DNA of 63,758 bases, counting the filler, from Reticulomyxa filosa (taxonomy: Eukaryota; Protista; Foraminifera): the NCBI GenBank assembly GCA_000512085.1. It is 15 parts of 15 records of this genome, joined end to end, with 100 filler letters (N's around TTAATTAATTAA, not from the genome) between each part and the next. Parts side by side here need not be neighbours in the genome. Positions count along the whole stretch, not along the records: positions 47,804 to 51,754 come from ASPP01027420.1; positions 51,855 to 53,115 come from ASPP01009762.1; positions 53,216 to 58,725 come from ASPP01024847.1; positions 58,826 to 61,308 come from ASPP01010329.1; positions 61,409 to 63,758 come from ASPP01026963.1; 10 more parts are not named here. One strand, 5' to 3'. This document shows, one piece after another, positions 49,226-62,139 of this stretch. Each line of letters opens with the position of its first letter. Position 1 is the stretch's first letter. Position numbers and translations under genes: made by a program. The notes under the pieces are model-generated. The model saw only the letters and a list, made by a program, of their open reading frames with translations. It was not told the DNA's origin and ran no database searches.

Positions 49226-51681
49226 TTATTTTTGGATTTGTTTGCGCTTTTCATTTGAGCTGGAGTCTGAATTTTCCTCTGTTTTTTCTAATTCTGGTTG
49301 ATCTTTGCCATGTGACCATCGACAAGCGTTCCCACGAACACAGCTTCCCTTCTGAGTCCAGTCAAAGCACATGTGATAAGGGACACCAGACGTTGAGAAC
49401 GATTGAATTGGAGTTGAAAATGAATATTCAGTGACATTCAAGCCAACAGTAGACCGATCATGTGAATATGGGCACGAATACCCATTTCGACATTGTCCCA
49501 ACATATGAAAACAGCAAGGAATGTCCGATCTTTTCTACAAACGAACAACAAACTCTCCGAAGAAAAATATACATGCATATAAATATATTTAAAATATGTA
49601 TAAAATGGCGTATAAAATAACATCGTGTTCAAATTCAGTGTGTTGTGCTGCGACAGCAGTCATTAGCTTTTTTTTTTGTTTGAAGATAAGGAGCTTGCAA
49701 GCTGTGAGTACGTGCGTTTGACACCAATGGGAGCAGTAGGCGTAGCTTTTTGTCCGTTGTCATCGCCATTATGTCTCTTGGATTTGTCCAGTTTATTAGT
49801 TAAGGACGGTTTGTGGTTTTTACGAATTTTACTTAGCAAATGATGATAGTCTCTCTGTGTTACATTCGTGTTGAACCATCCCACCGCATTTTTGGACGAA
49901 GCGTCTGTCGAAGAGTGAGAAGGAGAAGGCGACGAAGTAGAGGAAGAAGGGACGGGTGAGGATGGAAGAGAAAGAGAAGTCGAGGAAAATGGCAAGGGCG
50001 CAGACAGAGGAAGAGAAGAGAGCATTGAGGGAGGAGGTGGAGGGGAAGACGAAGGAGAAAGAGACGATAGCGACGACGCACGTTTCAGCGCACGTTTTTG
50101 CTTTTTGAGTGGGTGCGAGTGTGATTGTTTGATGGTTTTCAGATATTCGTCAAAATCGAATTCGTCATCACTTTTGACATCGTCAAAGGGCGTTTCAAAC
50201 AACATTTTTCGCTGAAAGGCTGTTTCTGTAAAGTAGTTATTGTCATTGAGTCCCCCCCTCCCAAAGAAGAAAAAAAGATATACGTATTACAATATTATGA
50301 TTCAAAAAAAAAAAAAAAAAAGAAAGGACAAACTTGAGTTCAGAACCAAAAACGCGTCTCATTTCGTCAGAATCAAAGAGATCATTCCAAGTGAAAGTAT
50401 CGCTTTGTCGCAAAGTATTTTGGAGACATGGCATTGGAATAAAGTCGTAATGATGTAAACGATCCATTACAATGGGCGTTTTTGTCGCGGGTGCTCTCAA
50501 AAGGAGCATGTCTCCACGCAATCCAATGAGCAGACCTAAGAGAGAACGACGTCCTATGTCATGTTGATGCGAAGTGAGAGTTTTGATGCGTATTGAAATG
50601 CACTTCGAATTTTCATGATATTGAACGAATTTTTGCCCGCGTCCATGAATACGTGATCGGTACTTTCAAACGGACATTTGACACATAGCATAAAGGGTTG
50701 TCCGCCGCCGCTGTTTTCTGTCGATGGTGCAATTTCATCCCAAAGCGTGGCCTGCAAGGCATGGTTGTGGCCGTGGTAATTGCGGCCATTGAACACGGCA
50801 TGCTTTTGGAAGTAATGAGGGTGGGGATAAGGCGAAATTCCCAATCGCGAAAAATTGAAATGGAAGCCAAACATTTCCAAAAAAGCCAGCAAAAACGAAC
50901 CCAATGTACACTCCTCCCACACGTTTGGAATGGTGTTTTGACTGTACATAGGATGGGCTTGCAGCATATGAATGATCAGCATTTGCAACAAATAGCTGCC
51001 CATACCTCCAAAGTAGGGCTCGTGCAAATTACGATACCATAAAAAGTACTTCAAAAAGTTACTAAGCATTCGCAGCATTGGAAACTTCTTTTGCAACGTG
51101 TTAATCTCCTTTGCCGCCAACACACCCGTCATTTTGTTGAATGCAATGTCTACGTTAATGTGACTCTCTTTGTCCGTATATTTCAATATCGGTACTCGCG
51201 CTGTTTCGATCATTTCGATGTACGATACTCCATTCTTGCTTCCAATTAACGCATTAAACAGACGCTGTTTGAATCCAATCGTCGACGCTTTATTGCACTT
51301 TGTCGTGCCCATGATCGTGCTTGTGATTGTCCCTGTTCCTTGTTCATTATCTTTCTCCTTATCCTTGTCCCTAATCTTACCCTTCTTCAAACTCTCACTG
51401 TCTTGGTCGTTGTAGAAAATCACCACATCCAGGTCCGATGTCGGTAGGTACAACAGCGTCTTAAATGATCCAAATACCTTCACTTTCGCCTTTTTGTCAA
51501 TGCTCTTGACCAGCTGCTTCAATCCGTGAATCACTTTCAGTCTTCGCTTGTGCTCAATTTCCGTTGGCGATATGAACATATTGAAGTCGATCAGTTCCAT
51601 ATGCAAACGATCCGTCCACGTCGTCCATCGATCATAATTCCGACGAACCCAAGGAGGGAGGTCGTCTGCTTTGCGAAAAGT
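49226..51681 (-). CDS. TRF4/PAPD5 (TENT4)-like non-canonical poly(A) polymerase, probably with two C-terminal CCCH zinc fingers (5' truncated)
   Basis: PW..LHMELIDF, FGSFKTLLYLPTSDLDVV, ARVPILK, VDIAFN, GGMGSY, LGSFLLAFLEMFG. Downstream same-strand exons encode a Ser-rich linker, CCFHMLGQCRNGYSCPYSH and CFDWTQKGSCVRGNACRWSH. Joining them needs homopolymer corrections. Confidence 0.85.
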
Positions 51682-51854
51682 CTGCCATTTTTAAAATTTC
51701 ACATACATATATACACTTATTTATTTTTTCTCAACTTTAAAAAAAAAAAAAAAANNNNNNNNNNNNNNNNNNNNNNNNNNNNNNNNNNNNNNNNNNNNTT
51801 AATTAATTAANNNNNNNNNNNNNNNNNNNNNNNNNNNNNNNNNNNNNNNNNNNN

Positions 51855-52713
51855 GTTCGCGCTGGGTGTTGAGCGGAATGACGAGCGCGCCGCTGCCCAC
51901 CCAGGTCAGCACGCGCAGGTTCTTGTCCTTCTTGGCCTTGACGATGTTCTCGGCGCGATCCTCCCATATCACCTGAACGTCGCCCTTCACCAGGCTGGCG
52001 TAACGGGCGTCAGAATCGGGCAGCGGCCGCACGGTCACGCGGTCGAGATAGGGCTTGTCCTTGTCCCAGTAGTTGGGGTTGCGCTCCGCGACCAGCCGGT
52101 CGGCGGCACGCCATTCCTTGAAGACGAACGGTCCGGTGCCGACGGGATTGCGGTTGTAGTCGGCGCCCTTCTCCTGGGCGATCTTCACCGGGATGATCAG
52201 CGTCGTGACGGTGGGCTGCGCCAGCGTCCGCGGCAGCGCCGCGTTTGGCCCGCGCATCTTGAACACCGCGGTCAGATCGTCCGGCGCCTCGACCTTCTCG
52301 ATGGCGAGATAGGCGCGGCCGGCAAAGCGGTTGGCCGGATCGAGCAGCCGGTTGAAATGATCGGCCACGGCCTGGGCGGTGAACGGCGTGCCGTCGTGCC
52401 ATTTCACGTCGGGCCGGATCTTGGCCGTCCAGACACTGCCATCCGCGTTGGGAGTCATCGACAGGGCCAGCGCCGGCAGCAGGTTGCCCTTGTCGTCGAG
52501 GCGCATCAGCGTCTCGTAGAACAGCGAGGCCGCCGTCACCGTCGAATTCGAATAGACGCCGGCCCGGATCGGATCGAAGCCTTCGAAGTCGCTCTCGACC
52601 CCGATCGTCAATGCGCCGCCGCGCACTGGCGCCGGTGCCTGGGCGAAGGCTGGAACTGCGAAAGCCGCGGCAAGCGCCGCCGCCAGACCAAATCTGCGTG
52701 AAAACAGTGCCAT
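51855..52713 (-). CDS. Bacterial ABC transporter substrate-binding protein, family 5 (DppA/OppA-like), 3' truncated
   Basis: Signal peptide MALFSRR..AFAQ, GGALTIG..FDP, LYETLM-like FYETLM, PALA..W..KIRPDVKWHDGTPFTA, PVGTGPF, ERNPNYW; high-GC codon usage. Confidence 0.95.
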
Positions 52714-52719
52714 TAAGGC

Positions 52720-52725
52720 CCTCCC
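52720..52725 (-). promoter_or_regulatory. Shine-Dalgarno site for the ABC substrate-binding protein
   Basis: GGGAGG lies 6 nt upstream of the ATG at 52713. Confidence 0.75.
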
Positions 52726-52825
52726 ATCGATCGCGCCGTTGACCGGCATCAACTCTATGGGCGGCAAGATAACGCGGCGTCTGCCGCAAGCCTAGAGGAT
52801 TGCGGAGCGCCGCAAGACTCGCAGG

Positions 52826-53115
52826 CTACATGCAGTAGGCTTGTGCTGCGACGACCGCGTTCAGGCCCTGCATTTCCTGCGGCGACAGGTTCGACGGGTT
52901 GAGCAGGTTGCCGCTCACGCTCACCGACTGGTTCGACTTGCGCAGGCCGAGGATCGCGTTGGCACGCTGGTCGGCCGGGATGCGCGCGATGATGCACTGG
53001 CACATCTTCTCGGAGGCCGTCACCATGCACTCGCTCATGAGCTCGTCGGCGCGAGAGGCGGACGAAAAGCCCAGGGTCAGGACGAGAGCGGCAAATCCGG
53101 CGGCGATGATGCGCA
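52826..53115 (-). CDS. Small secreted bacterial protein with 4 cysteines
   Basis: (A)TG CGC ATC at the contig edge gives MRIIAAGFAALVLTLGFSSASRA (signal peptide), then C..C-Q-C..YCM-stop. Confidence 0.75.
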
Positions 53116-56100
53116 NNNNNNNNNNNNNNNNNNNNNNNNNNNNNNNNNNNNNNNNNNNNTTAATTAATTAANNNNNNNNNNNNNNNNNNNNNNNNNNNNN
53201 NNNNNNNNNNNNNNNCTACGAATTTGAAAGAATATGTTTTGTTTTTTATATGTTGAACTAAATTTCTCCAGAAATGTTACAATTTGGTGACATTATGGAA
53301 GAAAAACGCGAAGTATAATACTTGTCTTGTAAGAAAAAAGAATGCAAGAAAATACAAAAAACTATTTCAAACACAAACCCCCGACCATGATGACAGAAAA
53401 TTTGAACCGAATAGGCTTCCAAGTGATACCAATATTGGTAAAGGTATTGTTCGATTGTCCAACGCTACTGCCAGGGGTGAATGAATCTTTTAACTTTTTT
53501 TTTAAACAACAACAAAGGAACTTTTTATTTTTTTTAAAGAGGACCCAATCCATGTGAACCTTTCATAATAATAGACTAACGATATGGGAATCAAGTCCCA
53601 AAGACAATAAACAGTCGAATACATTATACGATGATGCGGTTGACAACATACCGTTTGGAAGGGTGATAATGGAATTCGTTTCAGACGTTCGGTCGCGTAT
53701 CTCTCAACATTTTTCCAGTAGTACTACGTATATTGGATCGACATACTTGTGCAAGTCTGTTCTCGATGACGACACGTTTCCTCACATCACATGCACACCG
53801 CCGTCGCTGCCTCTGCCAATAATTCATCGATCAAATCACGACAGTGCATGATCTCTGTGTCAAAGGACTTACCCCTTCTCAAGACAAGGGGCAATTTTTT
53901 GCTTTCTGTCGATGATTTCGATTCATACTCCAGTATCAAGCCAACTCTGTCCACAAGTTATATACATATATATGTATATCCAAACGATCTCCAAAGTCTT
54001 TATGCAAATATTGACAGAAGTAAGAAGATGCAATATCCAAAAGGATAGTTGCTGACGTTCTTGGCACGCTCAAATAATAATAAAAAACCACTGGAACTAC
54101 GATATCTACTGTCAATAGCCACAACAGTAACATCAGTGTGAGCACACGCGAATAGTGATAACGGTATATAGATCGTGGGCGTCGTCGACGACATGGCAAG
54201 CGCGACGACATACATCACGATGTCGACGTCGAAGAAAGAGTCAACGATGGTTCCGATGGTTAATACTGTCCACCACTGTGGGCGTGGCCAAGACAAGACC
54301 AAAGAGTCAAGTGCGGCCAACGCCAATACCGCTGCCAGTGATGGAGGAAATGCAAAGTATGTCGTTCACAACAATGCCAATAAGAATTTGTCCTTTGCTT
54401 GTGTCACAAGGAAAGCAACCTAATTAGTTGTGTTCAAGTTAATCAAGCGAACAATTTCATTTTTTTTTCCCATATATGTGTATACATATTTTATTATTCA
54501 AGTATAATTATAAAAAAAAAATAGAAAATAAAAAGTTTTTGCATGTGATTGACACTTCCATTCCACTTCACCCATTCTGGCCGGGCCCTTTTTTTCTGCA
54601 AGTGGCGATACTAGTTCAATGATAGAACTCAGTAACAACTGTAACAATAATAACAATAATAATAACTCCATGAATTCAATGTCCTTTATTTTTATTATTG
54701 CAATGCAAACATCAAGGATTGACAGAATAGCCAGAGTTTCGTACTTTAGCACATATATGTACGAATAATAATAATTATTATATATTTATATATATATTAT
54801 ATGTTGTTTTGTTTACATAAAATTAAAAGTGGCTAGAACGTGCTAATTGTGTTTGCAACTTTCGTGTGCATCCTGAAAGCCGAAAACATGCGTTTACTAA
54901 CCCTAAGCGCCTTCAGAAAGGTTGCATTTGTTTATTGTGACACCGGATAACTTTGGTCGGTAGTATTTGAATTCTGACGCCCAATGATAAGTGTCACAAT
55001 ATTTGCATAGTTTAATCATGTTGCAAGCGGAAACATTGTTTTGCTTGAAATACTTGAGCTTTTTCAATGTGCTTCAGCATGTGTCAAACGCGCAACGTAC
55101 TCCTACCGTGGACGCCTGCTAAAAATAGCATCATCAGTCGTCTACATCTGCACAAATATCAAAGCTTTCTTTATCTGCACTAAAGTTAAATAGTTTAAAC
55201 AATGATGCTTATCATAAATTGAAAAAAAGAACAGTTTCCACTCACAAACAAAACTACATACAAAAGACAGCTAACAATTAAAAACATTGAAAAGGCAGAA
55301 GCAATGCAGAAATGATCCAGTAGCACATGTTTACTCCAAGTAATCGTTGTGATTTATTGTGTGGGCCTCATGGATTGGTAAAAAAAATGTGCAAATAAGT
55401 TATTTGTAATACTTTCAATAAGGAAAATATTAATTAAAATTTATGTAAATCTTGAAGTGCAGGTGAGCGCATCGTACCAGCATAATAAGCTTACGACTGT
55501 TGCTGCTGTTGCCATTGTGCCATCCAAGGATTAATATTGACATTGCCACTTCACTGTTATGTTGTTTGTATTATTTATTACAGGCAAATTCGGGATCGAA
55601 CTTTTTTATTATTATTATTTTTATTTATACGTAAAAAAAAAAACTCGTCGGAATTTTTTTCATTTTAAAAACGCATAAAAAAAATTGCTAAATATATTAT
55701 ATATACATAAGTAATAAAGAGTTGTTTTGCACAAACATAACAGTACAATCTCAATTACTATTGATGGGGTCATATCTTTTTGTAAATATGTATTAATTAG
55801 TCTTTTATTTTTTTGTTGATAGTTTTTTTGAAATAAATAAGAGATTATGAAAGATATACAAAAAGACAAAGCGTTTGTTTTCTTAATAAATGTTAATATG
55901 TAGATATGAATATTGTTAAAAGAGTTTTTAGAAACCCTTTTATTGACAGAAAAAGTAAAGTTTTTTTTATCATCATCATCAATGACCAAGAGGCTAATGT
56001 TTTCTTTAAAAAAATCTGTTGTGCTTTTGGATCATCTTGGCTCGAAGAAAAAGAAATGTAAGTATCTTATGTTGTACGACTTATCTTAATACGAACATGA

Positions 56101-56122
56101 CGATTATTGTATTTACTCTGAA

Positions 56123-56690
56123 TATCTTCGTGAAAACTTTAACGGAAAAACAATCACGTCGGACGTTGAACCCAACGATACGAACCAAAACTTGAAAGAT
56201 AAAATCCAAGACAATGAAGGCATTCCTTCAGAGCAGAAACGATTGATCTTTGCCGTAAAGCAATTAGAGGATAACAACATCCAAAAAGAAAGTATATTGC
56301 ATTTGGTATTGCGATTACGAAGTGGTAAGTTGTATATATTTTTATAAATAATTTTTATAATCCAATTACATACAAAAAATGTATATCTTCTTGAAGACAT
56401 TGATCAGTAAAATTATTATCTTAGATGTTGAGCACATTGATACGATCCAAGATAATACCACAAGCAACAACGGCTAATCTTTGCTAGAAAGCAATTGAAA
56501 GATGGAAGTGCCTTAAGTGATGCAAATGTAAGTAGTAGTTTTTATTTTCTGAAAATTCGCAATCTTTATTTATTTGCTGGAATAGAATTATAATTATAAA
56601 TATGATTATATAGCTTTGTGAAAACATTAACTGTGAAAATAATCACGTTGAAATTGAACCAAATGACATGTCTTGTGTGCTTGCAATAAA
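56123..56690 (+). pseudogene. Three decayed tandem ubiquitin/ubiquitin-like units (not in the ORF track)
   Basis: Unit 1: [66 protein letters not shown]. Unit 2: [30 protein letters not shown]. Unit 3: FVKTLTVKIITL/EIEPND. Confidence 0.85.
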
Positions 56691-57429
56691 TAATAACATT
56701 CAAGATGTTCGAAGGACAAATACGTGTTGGAAGTGTAAATGAAGTCAGTGTCGAAAAAAAACAGGATAATGAAATGGATGAAAAGCAATCCAACGATATT
56801 GAGAATATCAAATGCTAGTAGTAGCATTAGTATTGGCAGTAATAGTGATAGTGTGATTACTGCACGCGAAGCTGAAAGAAAGTGAAGATAGTGAAGCCAC
56901 CACGGTGAACTCGAGCGAAATGTCGGATATCAAGTCGACAGTCGCGAATTACAACTCATTGTCGTCTCGTCAGTACCAATATCAATACCGACAACAGGCC
57001 ACGGCCAAGCGATATCGCCAAAGACGACGACAAACCAAAAACAAAAGGCAAAGAAATCCAGGAAAGTGACAACGACGAAGATAGAAACAGCAGCGAAAGT
57101 TTGCAATCGAATACTTCTTCGTCGTCAGTATCGTCGGCTGGTTTTGAAGATATGCGATCTGGTTTGCAAATGCGACAGCTCAACAAAACGAGCAGGCAAA
57201 ATCCTTATATAAAGAAAAAGATCAACCCAAATAGAAAGTAGTCAATGCCACATCAGCATGCAACAACAATGACTGGTCCCACATGAGAAAGAATAGCCCG
57301 AAGAAAAAATATAGACAAAAAACGCGACCAAAACCAAAACTCAAGCATAAATATGCAAATCTATATGTATATATACATATATACGTCTGTCAACCCATTC
57401 AATAAAACAGCGTCTAAAATTGATGAAAG

Positions 57430-57840
57430 ACTAAGAACATTCTGCCAATACGAGTAACAGCTACGTGGGAAGTGTTCAAGCAGGTCAGGTTGCGCACTCG
57501 CACAACTTGATACATTTGCCTGCGGTAGAATCCAATATGTATCAAACTTTTGTTTATTTGTTTATGTGTTTCATAGTATCATTCCATTTCTAGTAGCAAT
57601 GGTATCCGTGAAGATTTTCGGCCAGAATTGAGTGACAAAAACTCAGTTTGAATATGTTGTTTATTATTAATATATTGCAATTACTACATATAGTATATAT
57701 GTACACGTATATAAATAATAAAGGATATATCACTTGATTCAAACTTTGCGATGGCGAAGCAACAGCATGATATCCAATCCAGTGGGGTTAGTACTTTGTC
57801 AAGACTTTAGGTACCACCACGAGTGTGCACAACGCAAACT
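57430..57840 (+). pseudogene. Decayed CCCH zinc-finger remnants
   Basis: FCQYE*QLRGKCSSRSGCA/SHN and VLCQDFRYHHEC, with stops and frameshifts. Confidence 0.35.
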
Positions 57841-58825
57841 CGCCGAACAATCACAACAAAGTCTCGGCAGACAATTCCAATTGCATCGCTTACAACCAAC
57901 ACGTGAAAACAATCATACGCCTGCTCCTCTGATGGACACAGCTACCACAACCAAGAAACCGAACATTAAAATGGCTAATCCTAGTACAATGCATATGATT
58001 TGCCGATGCGGTTGATAATGAAAAACAAGATCAAGAGTATCGCATCTCCCAAAATTTGAGAACCACTTTCGTTATATCAGCTATTCCAATTGGCAATTGC
58101 TCAAGACAAGAGAGTCAATTCGTGCTAAGTGTCAAATCTCTTTCCAAAAAAAAGAATAATGTAATCTCTACTCTTATACGTATAGCTCGGGTTCTTGTTA
58201 TGACGTAAATATATATTTATGTGTCTGTATTTACTCTATTTTTATAGCATTGAAATCACTTGATGTCGCTCAATCCCAAAGAGGAACTTCCCTTGGAGCT
58301 GTTGATAGCAACGATCAATATAACATCATAATGTGAAAAATGCTATTAGTGTCAAGTGATGTGGCTAGCCACAATAATGATCAAAATGGAAATCGTGTTA
58401 CTATGGCCTCCAAAACAAACAAAAATATATGGAAGAATAGCCGAGTCAGATAATCCTTTTCTGATATTGTTTCAAATGAGAAAAAAAAAAGAAGTTTAAA
58501 TAACGTATAGTTGAAAAATAAAATGACTGTGATAGAAGAAGAAGATAAAGAAATAAGATCTGTAAGAAAGATAGTTTTCTATAATCAATATTTGTATGTA
58601 TAAGAATACGATCATTGTTTGAAGCAGTTTGCACCACATATAAATCCACAGAAGTAAACTTTTTTAGAATATCTTTATCTCTTTTTTTGGCAAATATTTT
58701 AAACGCCAAACATGTGCGAAAGTTANNNNNNNNNNNNNNNNNNNNNNNNNNNNNNNNNNNNNNNNNNNNTTAATTAATTAANNNNNNNNNNNNNNNNNNN
58801 NNNNNNNNNNNNNNNNNNNNNNNNN

Positions 58826-59360
58826 TTTGGCAGCAATTTCCAACGATACAAACTCGAATGGTGGCAATGATGGACCTGGTACTTCGCCATCGTCACATAA
58901 GTCAGTATTACCTTTGTGGACCATACCATTGATTGTTTTTGCAGTGGGAACATTATTGCTAGTGTCTTATGCTCTGCTACGTCGTCGAAAATTGTATCAA
59001 GCTATAGCAACAGAAGATGATGTAATTAATCCAGAGACAGTTTGTGTCTGTTTTTTTTAGCCAAAAAAACTCGATAAATTCTGTTTTTTGTTTGACGATA
59101 AAACAGGCCGAAAAGTATATCAAAAAAAGAAACACTGATGGATTTTTGGAAATACCTCGCGATGAGAGCAGTGATTTTCTAGAGACAGACCCAGAGATAG
59201 GACCAGGTATATATATGATATAACAACCATAACAAGTGTGAGGAGGGAAAGAGGCAAAAGTACGTATGGTAGGTATTGCCATTTTTTTTGCCGACAACAA
59301 TTATGACTGTTGGATAAAACACTATTTTGTCTGTTTTTAGATCATGGCAACCCGATAAGC
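58826..59360 (+). CDS. C-terminal exons of a type I single-pass membrane protein
   Basis: LPLWTIPLIVFAVGTLLLVSYALL followed by the RRRK stop-transfer signal and short downstream exons. Confidence 0.6.
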
Positions 59361-60483
59361 GAACCACAACAACCACTTTGATATCTCCATTGTTTTTGCT
59401 ATCAACGCAAAAAATTCTCAACCTGCTGTCTTGAAACAAAGAAATTTTTCAATTGATCAAATGTGCTTTTTTCATTTTTTTGTGCACTAGAAAAAAGAAA
59501 CTTTCAGATGAATGATGATATTTAGTTTAAAATTCTTCATTAATATTGTGGTGCACTTGTTTCCAATGTTATTACATCTGAAAAATTCCTAAAACACTAT
59601 CATTGTGAAAGCTTACACTCTTTTTTATAAAAAGAAGTTTGTACTAAAAATTTCGAAAAAGCATTTTTTTAAAAAGTGCACAAGGATATATCTTAACTGT
59701 ACCATCAACAATGCATTTCCGTTAATATTTATTCAAAATTAGAATTGAAACATGTTAACAATTTTTTCGTTTTATTAAAAAAAAATTTATTATTACAGAA
59801 AAAGAACTTTTCAAGTCAGTTTATTTTATTTTTTTAAAAAAAAGTTCAATTTTAAAAAAGAGGGTAACACGGGCCTCTCCACCGCAATAATTCTCATCGT
59901 TACGAGCCATAGCTTAAATACGATTTGTCTCTCTGCGAATACGTGATTGTATAAGAACATGAGGCGGCCTGGTTGTGTTGTTCGTGATGGAATACCTGAC
60001 GACACTTTGCCGTCGCCACTGTAACAAGCACCAATATTTTTATTGTCCTCTTCTTCTTTGTCACAATTTCGACAGAAAAGTCATATGATTATTGGTGACC
60101 AAACTGAGGTCTACTGAAAATACTTTTGTTTTTTGCATTAAGATGTAATCTTCTTTGTGTTTCGCAAAAAAAATTTTGCAGCAATTTAAAAAAGTTCAAA
60201 ATGAAGTTTTCAACAATTTTGTCTTTTGCCTCTTTTTTTGATGATAGCACTGACTTGAAAATAAAAGTACATTTGCATACTAATTACAACACATGTATTT
60301 CAAAAGGAATTATAGCAAAAAATTCAGTTAGATTCAAATTCGTCTGATTTATTGTAACTGCCCTGTTTCTCTTTTTTAAGAAAGGAGAAAATTGTCCTTT
60401 TGCTCCAGACCTTCAAAGCACTTTATATTTTTTGTCCCTGTGGTTGTTTGAAATTTAATTGATCTATCAAGAAGGTAGGAACA

Positions 60484-61261
60484 ATGGGCAATGTACACGG
60501 CGATACGAGCCAAGCTGCTCATCATATGATCCGTAGACAAAGCCGAATGGACTTAGCAGGTCTGGCAAAAGAAGAACAGTGGGCTCGTTATAACGAAAAA
60601 GAATTAACATTATTAGATCGAATGTTTCAAGATCTGGTCAAGAGGTAAGTGAGCCCTATAATTGTCGTCGATATTTATTTACTAGTAGTGCACATATATT
60701 TTTTGGGGGGGACCAATTTTTTTTTTTTGTGCAAGTGAGTAAGTTGTGTTTGCAATCTGTATGCAAATTCACGGATGAACCACTGTTCACAGATCTCCAG
60801 ATAAGAACATGTCAAAGGAAGTGTTTTTAGACTATTTCAATTTGCCTGGAATTTTAGGAGAGCGATTATTTGATGTATTTGACACCAAAAAAGACGGTGT
60901 AATTAATTTCGATGAATTTGTAACTGGATTGGCGCGAGTAATTTAAAAAAAAAGGGGTCATTTTTTCCTTCCCCCTCCCCCCTTTTTTTTTTCCTTATTA
61001 AAAAAAATACCCAAACAATTCTTCGTGCCTTTAAAACAAACAAACAAACAAAAACGCCTCACCTTAAAACAAACGAAACAGTACAACCGCGGGACAGTGG
61101 AGGACAAAATCGATATGCTATTTGAAATGTATGGATTGGATGGACAAGAGTTTATTACCAAAGAAGAATTAGGCATGGTGTTATTTTCGCTGGTCACACC
61201 AACAACCAGCATCTTCTACAGTGACAGTTCAACAAGAACAGTCGATGGGACACCCGTTCAG
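60484..61261 (+). CDS. N-myristoylated EF-hand protein (NCS/calcineurin-B-like N-terminus), 3' truncated
   Basis: MGNVHG..; LGERLFDVFDTKKDGVINFDEFVTGL; GTVEDKIDMLFEMY..FITKEEL; introns ~60645-60792 and ~60938-61081. Confidence 0.85.
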
Positions 61262-61479
61262 TGGAGCAAACAAAATTTTTTTTTTTGAACTTATTTTTTT
61301 TTTTTTTTNNNNNNNNNNNNNNNNNNNNNNNNNNNNNNNNNNNNNNNNNNNNTTAATTAATTAANNNNNNNNNNNNNNNNNNNNNNNNNNNNNNNNNNNN
61401 NNNNNNNNAAAAAAAAAAAGGACAACAATAGCAATGATAATAGCAATAACAAGGAACAAGAGTCAGTGCAAGAGAGAGC

Positions 61480-62100
61480 ACAAATGGTATCGTTTGCATC
61501 GGGGGTCGTGGAGTCTAAGTCCACACGTGATATGCTTCCATCCAGATAACAATCGCATAGCGTTTGGAGACGCAAATGGAGGTATATTTCTATGGTCGAT
61601 GCTGGAAGCGTTGTTTACAAAAGACGCGACAACGACGACGACGACAAATGAACAATAGAATTGGAGACAAAAGAGATGGAAATGGAATAATAATAGTAAT
61701 GATAATAATAATAATAATTGGATAACAGACACATATGAAAGACCGGTGGTGCGCATATGCGGTGAGTGAGCCAAGATAGAGTCGATAATTCCAACGCATT
61801 CGAACTGGAACAACTACTTGGTGAGCAAGTGGCATTGGCACTCGCACGTGGCCACGGCGGCCAACTTTACGACGGATGGTGCGTACATGTTGACGGGAGG
61901 AGAGTAAGGGGTGTTGGTGGTGATGATGCAGTTGGAGACGGGAGTACATCGTTTAGGAGGTGCCATTCACACATATTGCCATGTCGCCCGATACAATGCA
62001 GTACGCGCTGTCTTTGACGTCCAAACATGGTGCGCATTGTCAACTCGATGAGCAATCAGGTGGTGTTGACCATCGAAGGGTCGGGCTATCTCCATCGTAT
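61480..62100 (+). pseudogene. WDR75: Disrupted internal fragment of WDR75/UTP17 (NAN1)
   Basis: ICFHPDNNRIAFGDANGGIFLW and KWHWHSHVATAANFTTDGAYMLTGGE*GVLVV..QLETG..RLGGAI, with an in-frame TAA at 61905-61907. Confidence 0.65.
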
Positions 62101-62139
62101 TGAAAAAAAAGACGATTGAAATTTTGGAACAACAGAATT

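Noticed and set aside
9600-50590. Single-base frameshifts in otherwise intact genes (~9618, ~20262, ~24948, ~29881, ~37880, ~50582) as programmed frameshifting or RNA editing
   Set aside because: Those I could resolve are fixed by changing a homopolymer by one base, and no common slippery motif is shared. This is typical of pyrosequencing-type error; raw reads would settle it.
54830-55160. Minus-strand CKYC..HW..E remnant as a Helitron or transposon zinc finger
   Set aside because: It is too short and disrupted, with no Rep, helicase or transposase motifs nearby.
59860-60032. GC-richer island with a GTTAC/GTAAC closing helix, 5S-like words (GCCATA, GGCCTGGTT, GGAATACC) on + and an Sm-like AATTATTG on -
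   Set aside because: Spacing does not fit 5S rRNA, there is no U1 5' ACTTACCTG, and a ~90-codon open frame exists on the minus strand. An RNA gene cannot be supported without an Infernal/Rfam search.
1165-61408. Regularly recurring TTAATTAATTAA flanked by Ns, superficially a repeat or CRISPR-like array
   Set aside because: Fixed 100-bp length with stops in all six frames: an artificial concatenation linker. ORFs running into it are artefactually extended.
61905-61907. In-frame TAA at a conserved Glu position as stop-codon reassignment
   Set aside because: Intact genes in the window end in TAA/TAG and lack internal stops, and this region has many other lesions, so it is a pseudogene.
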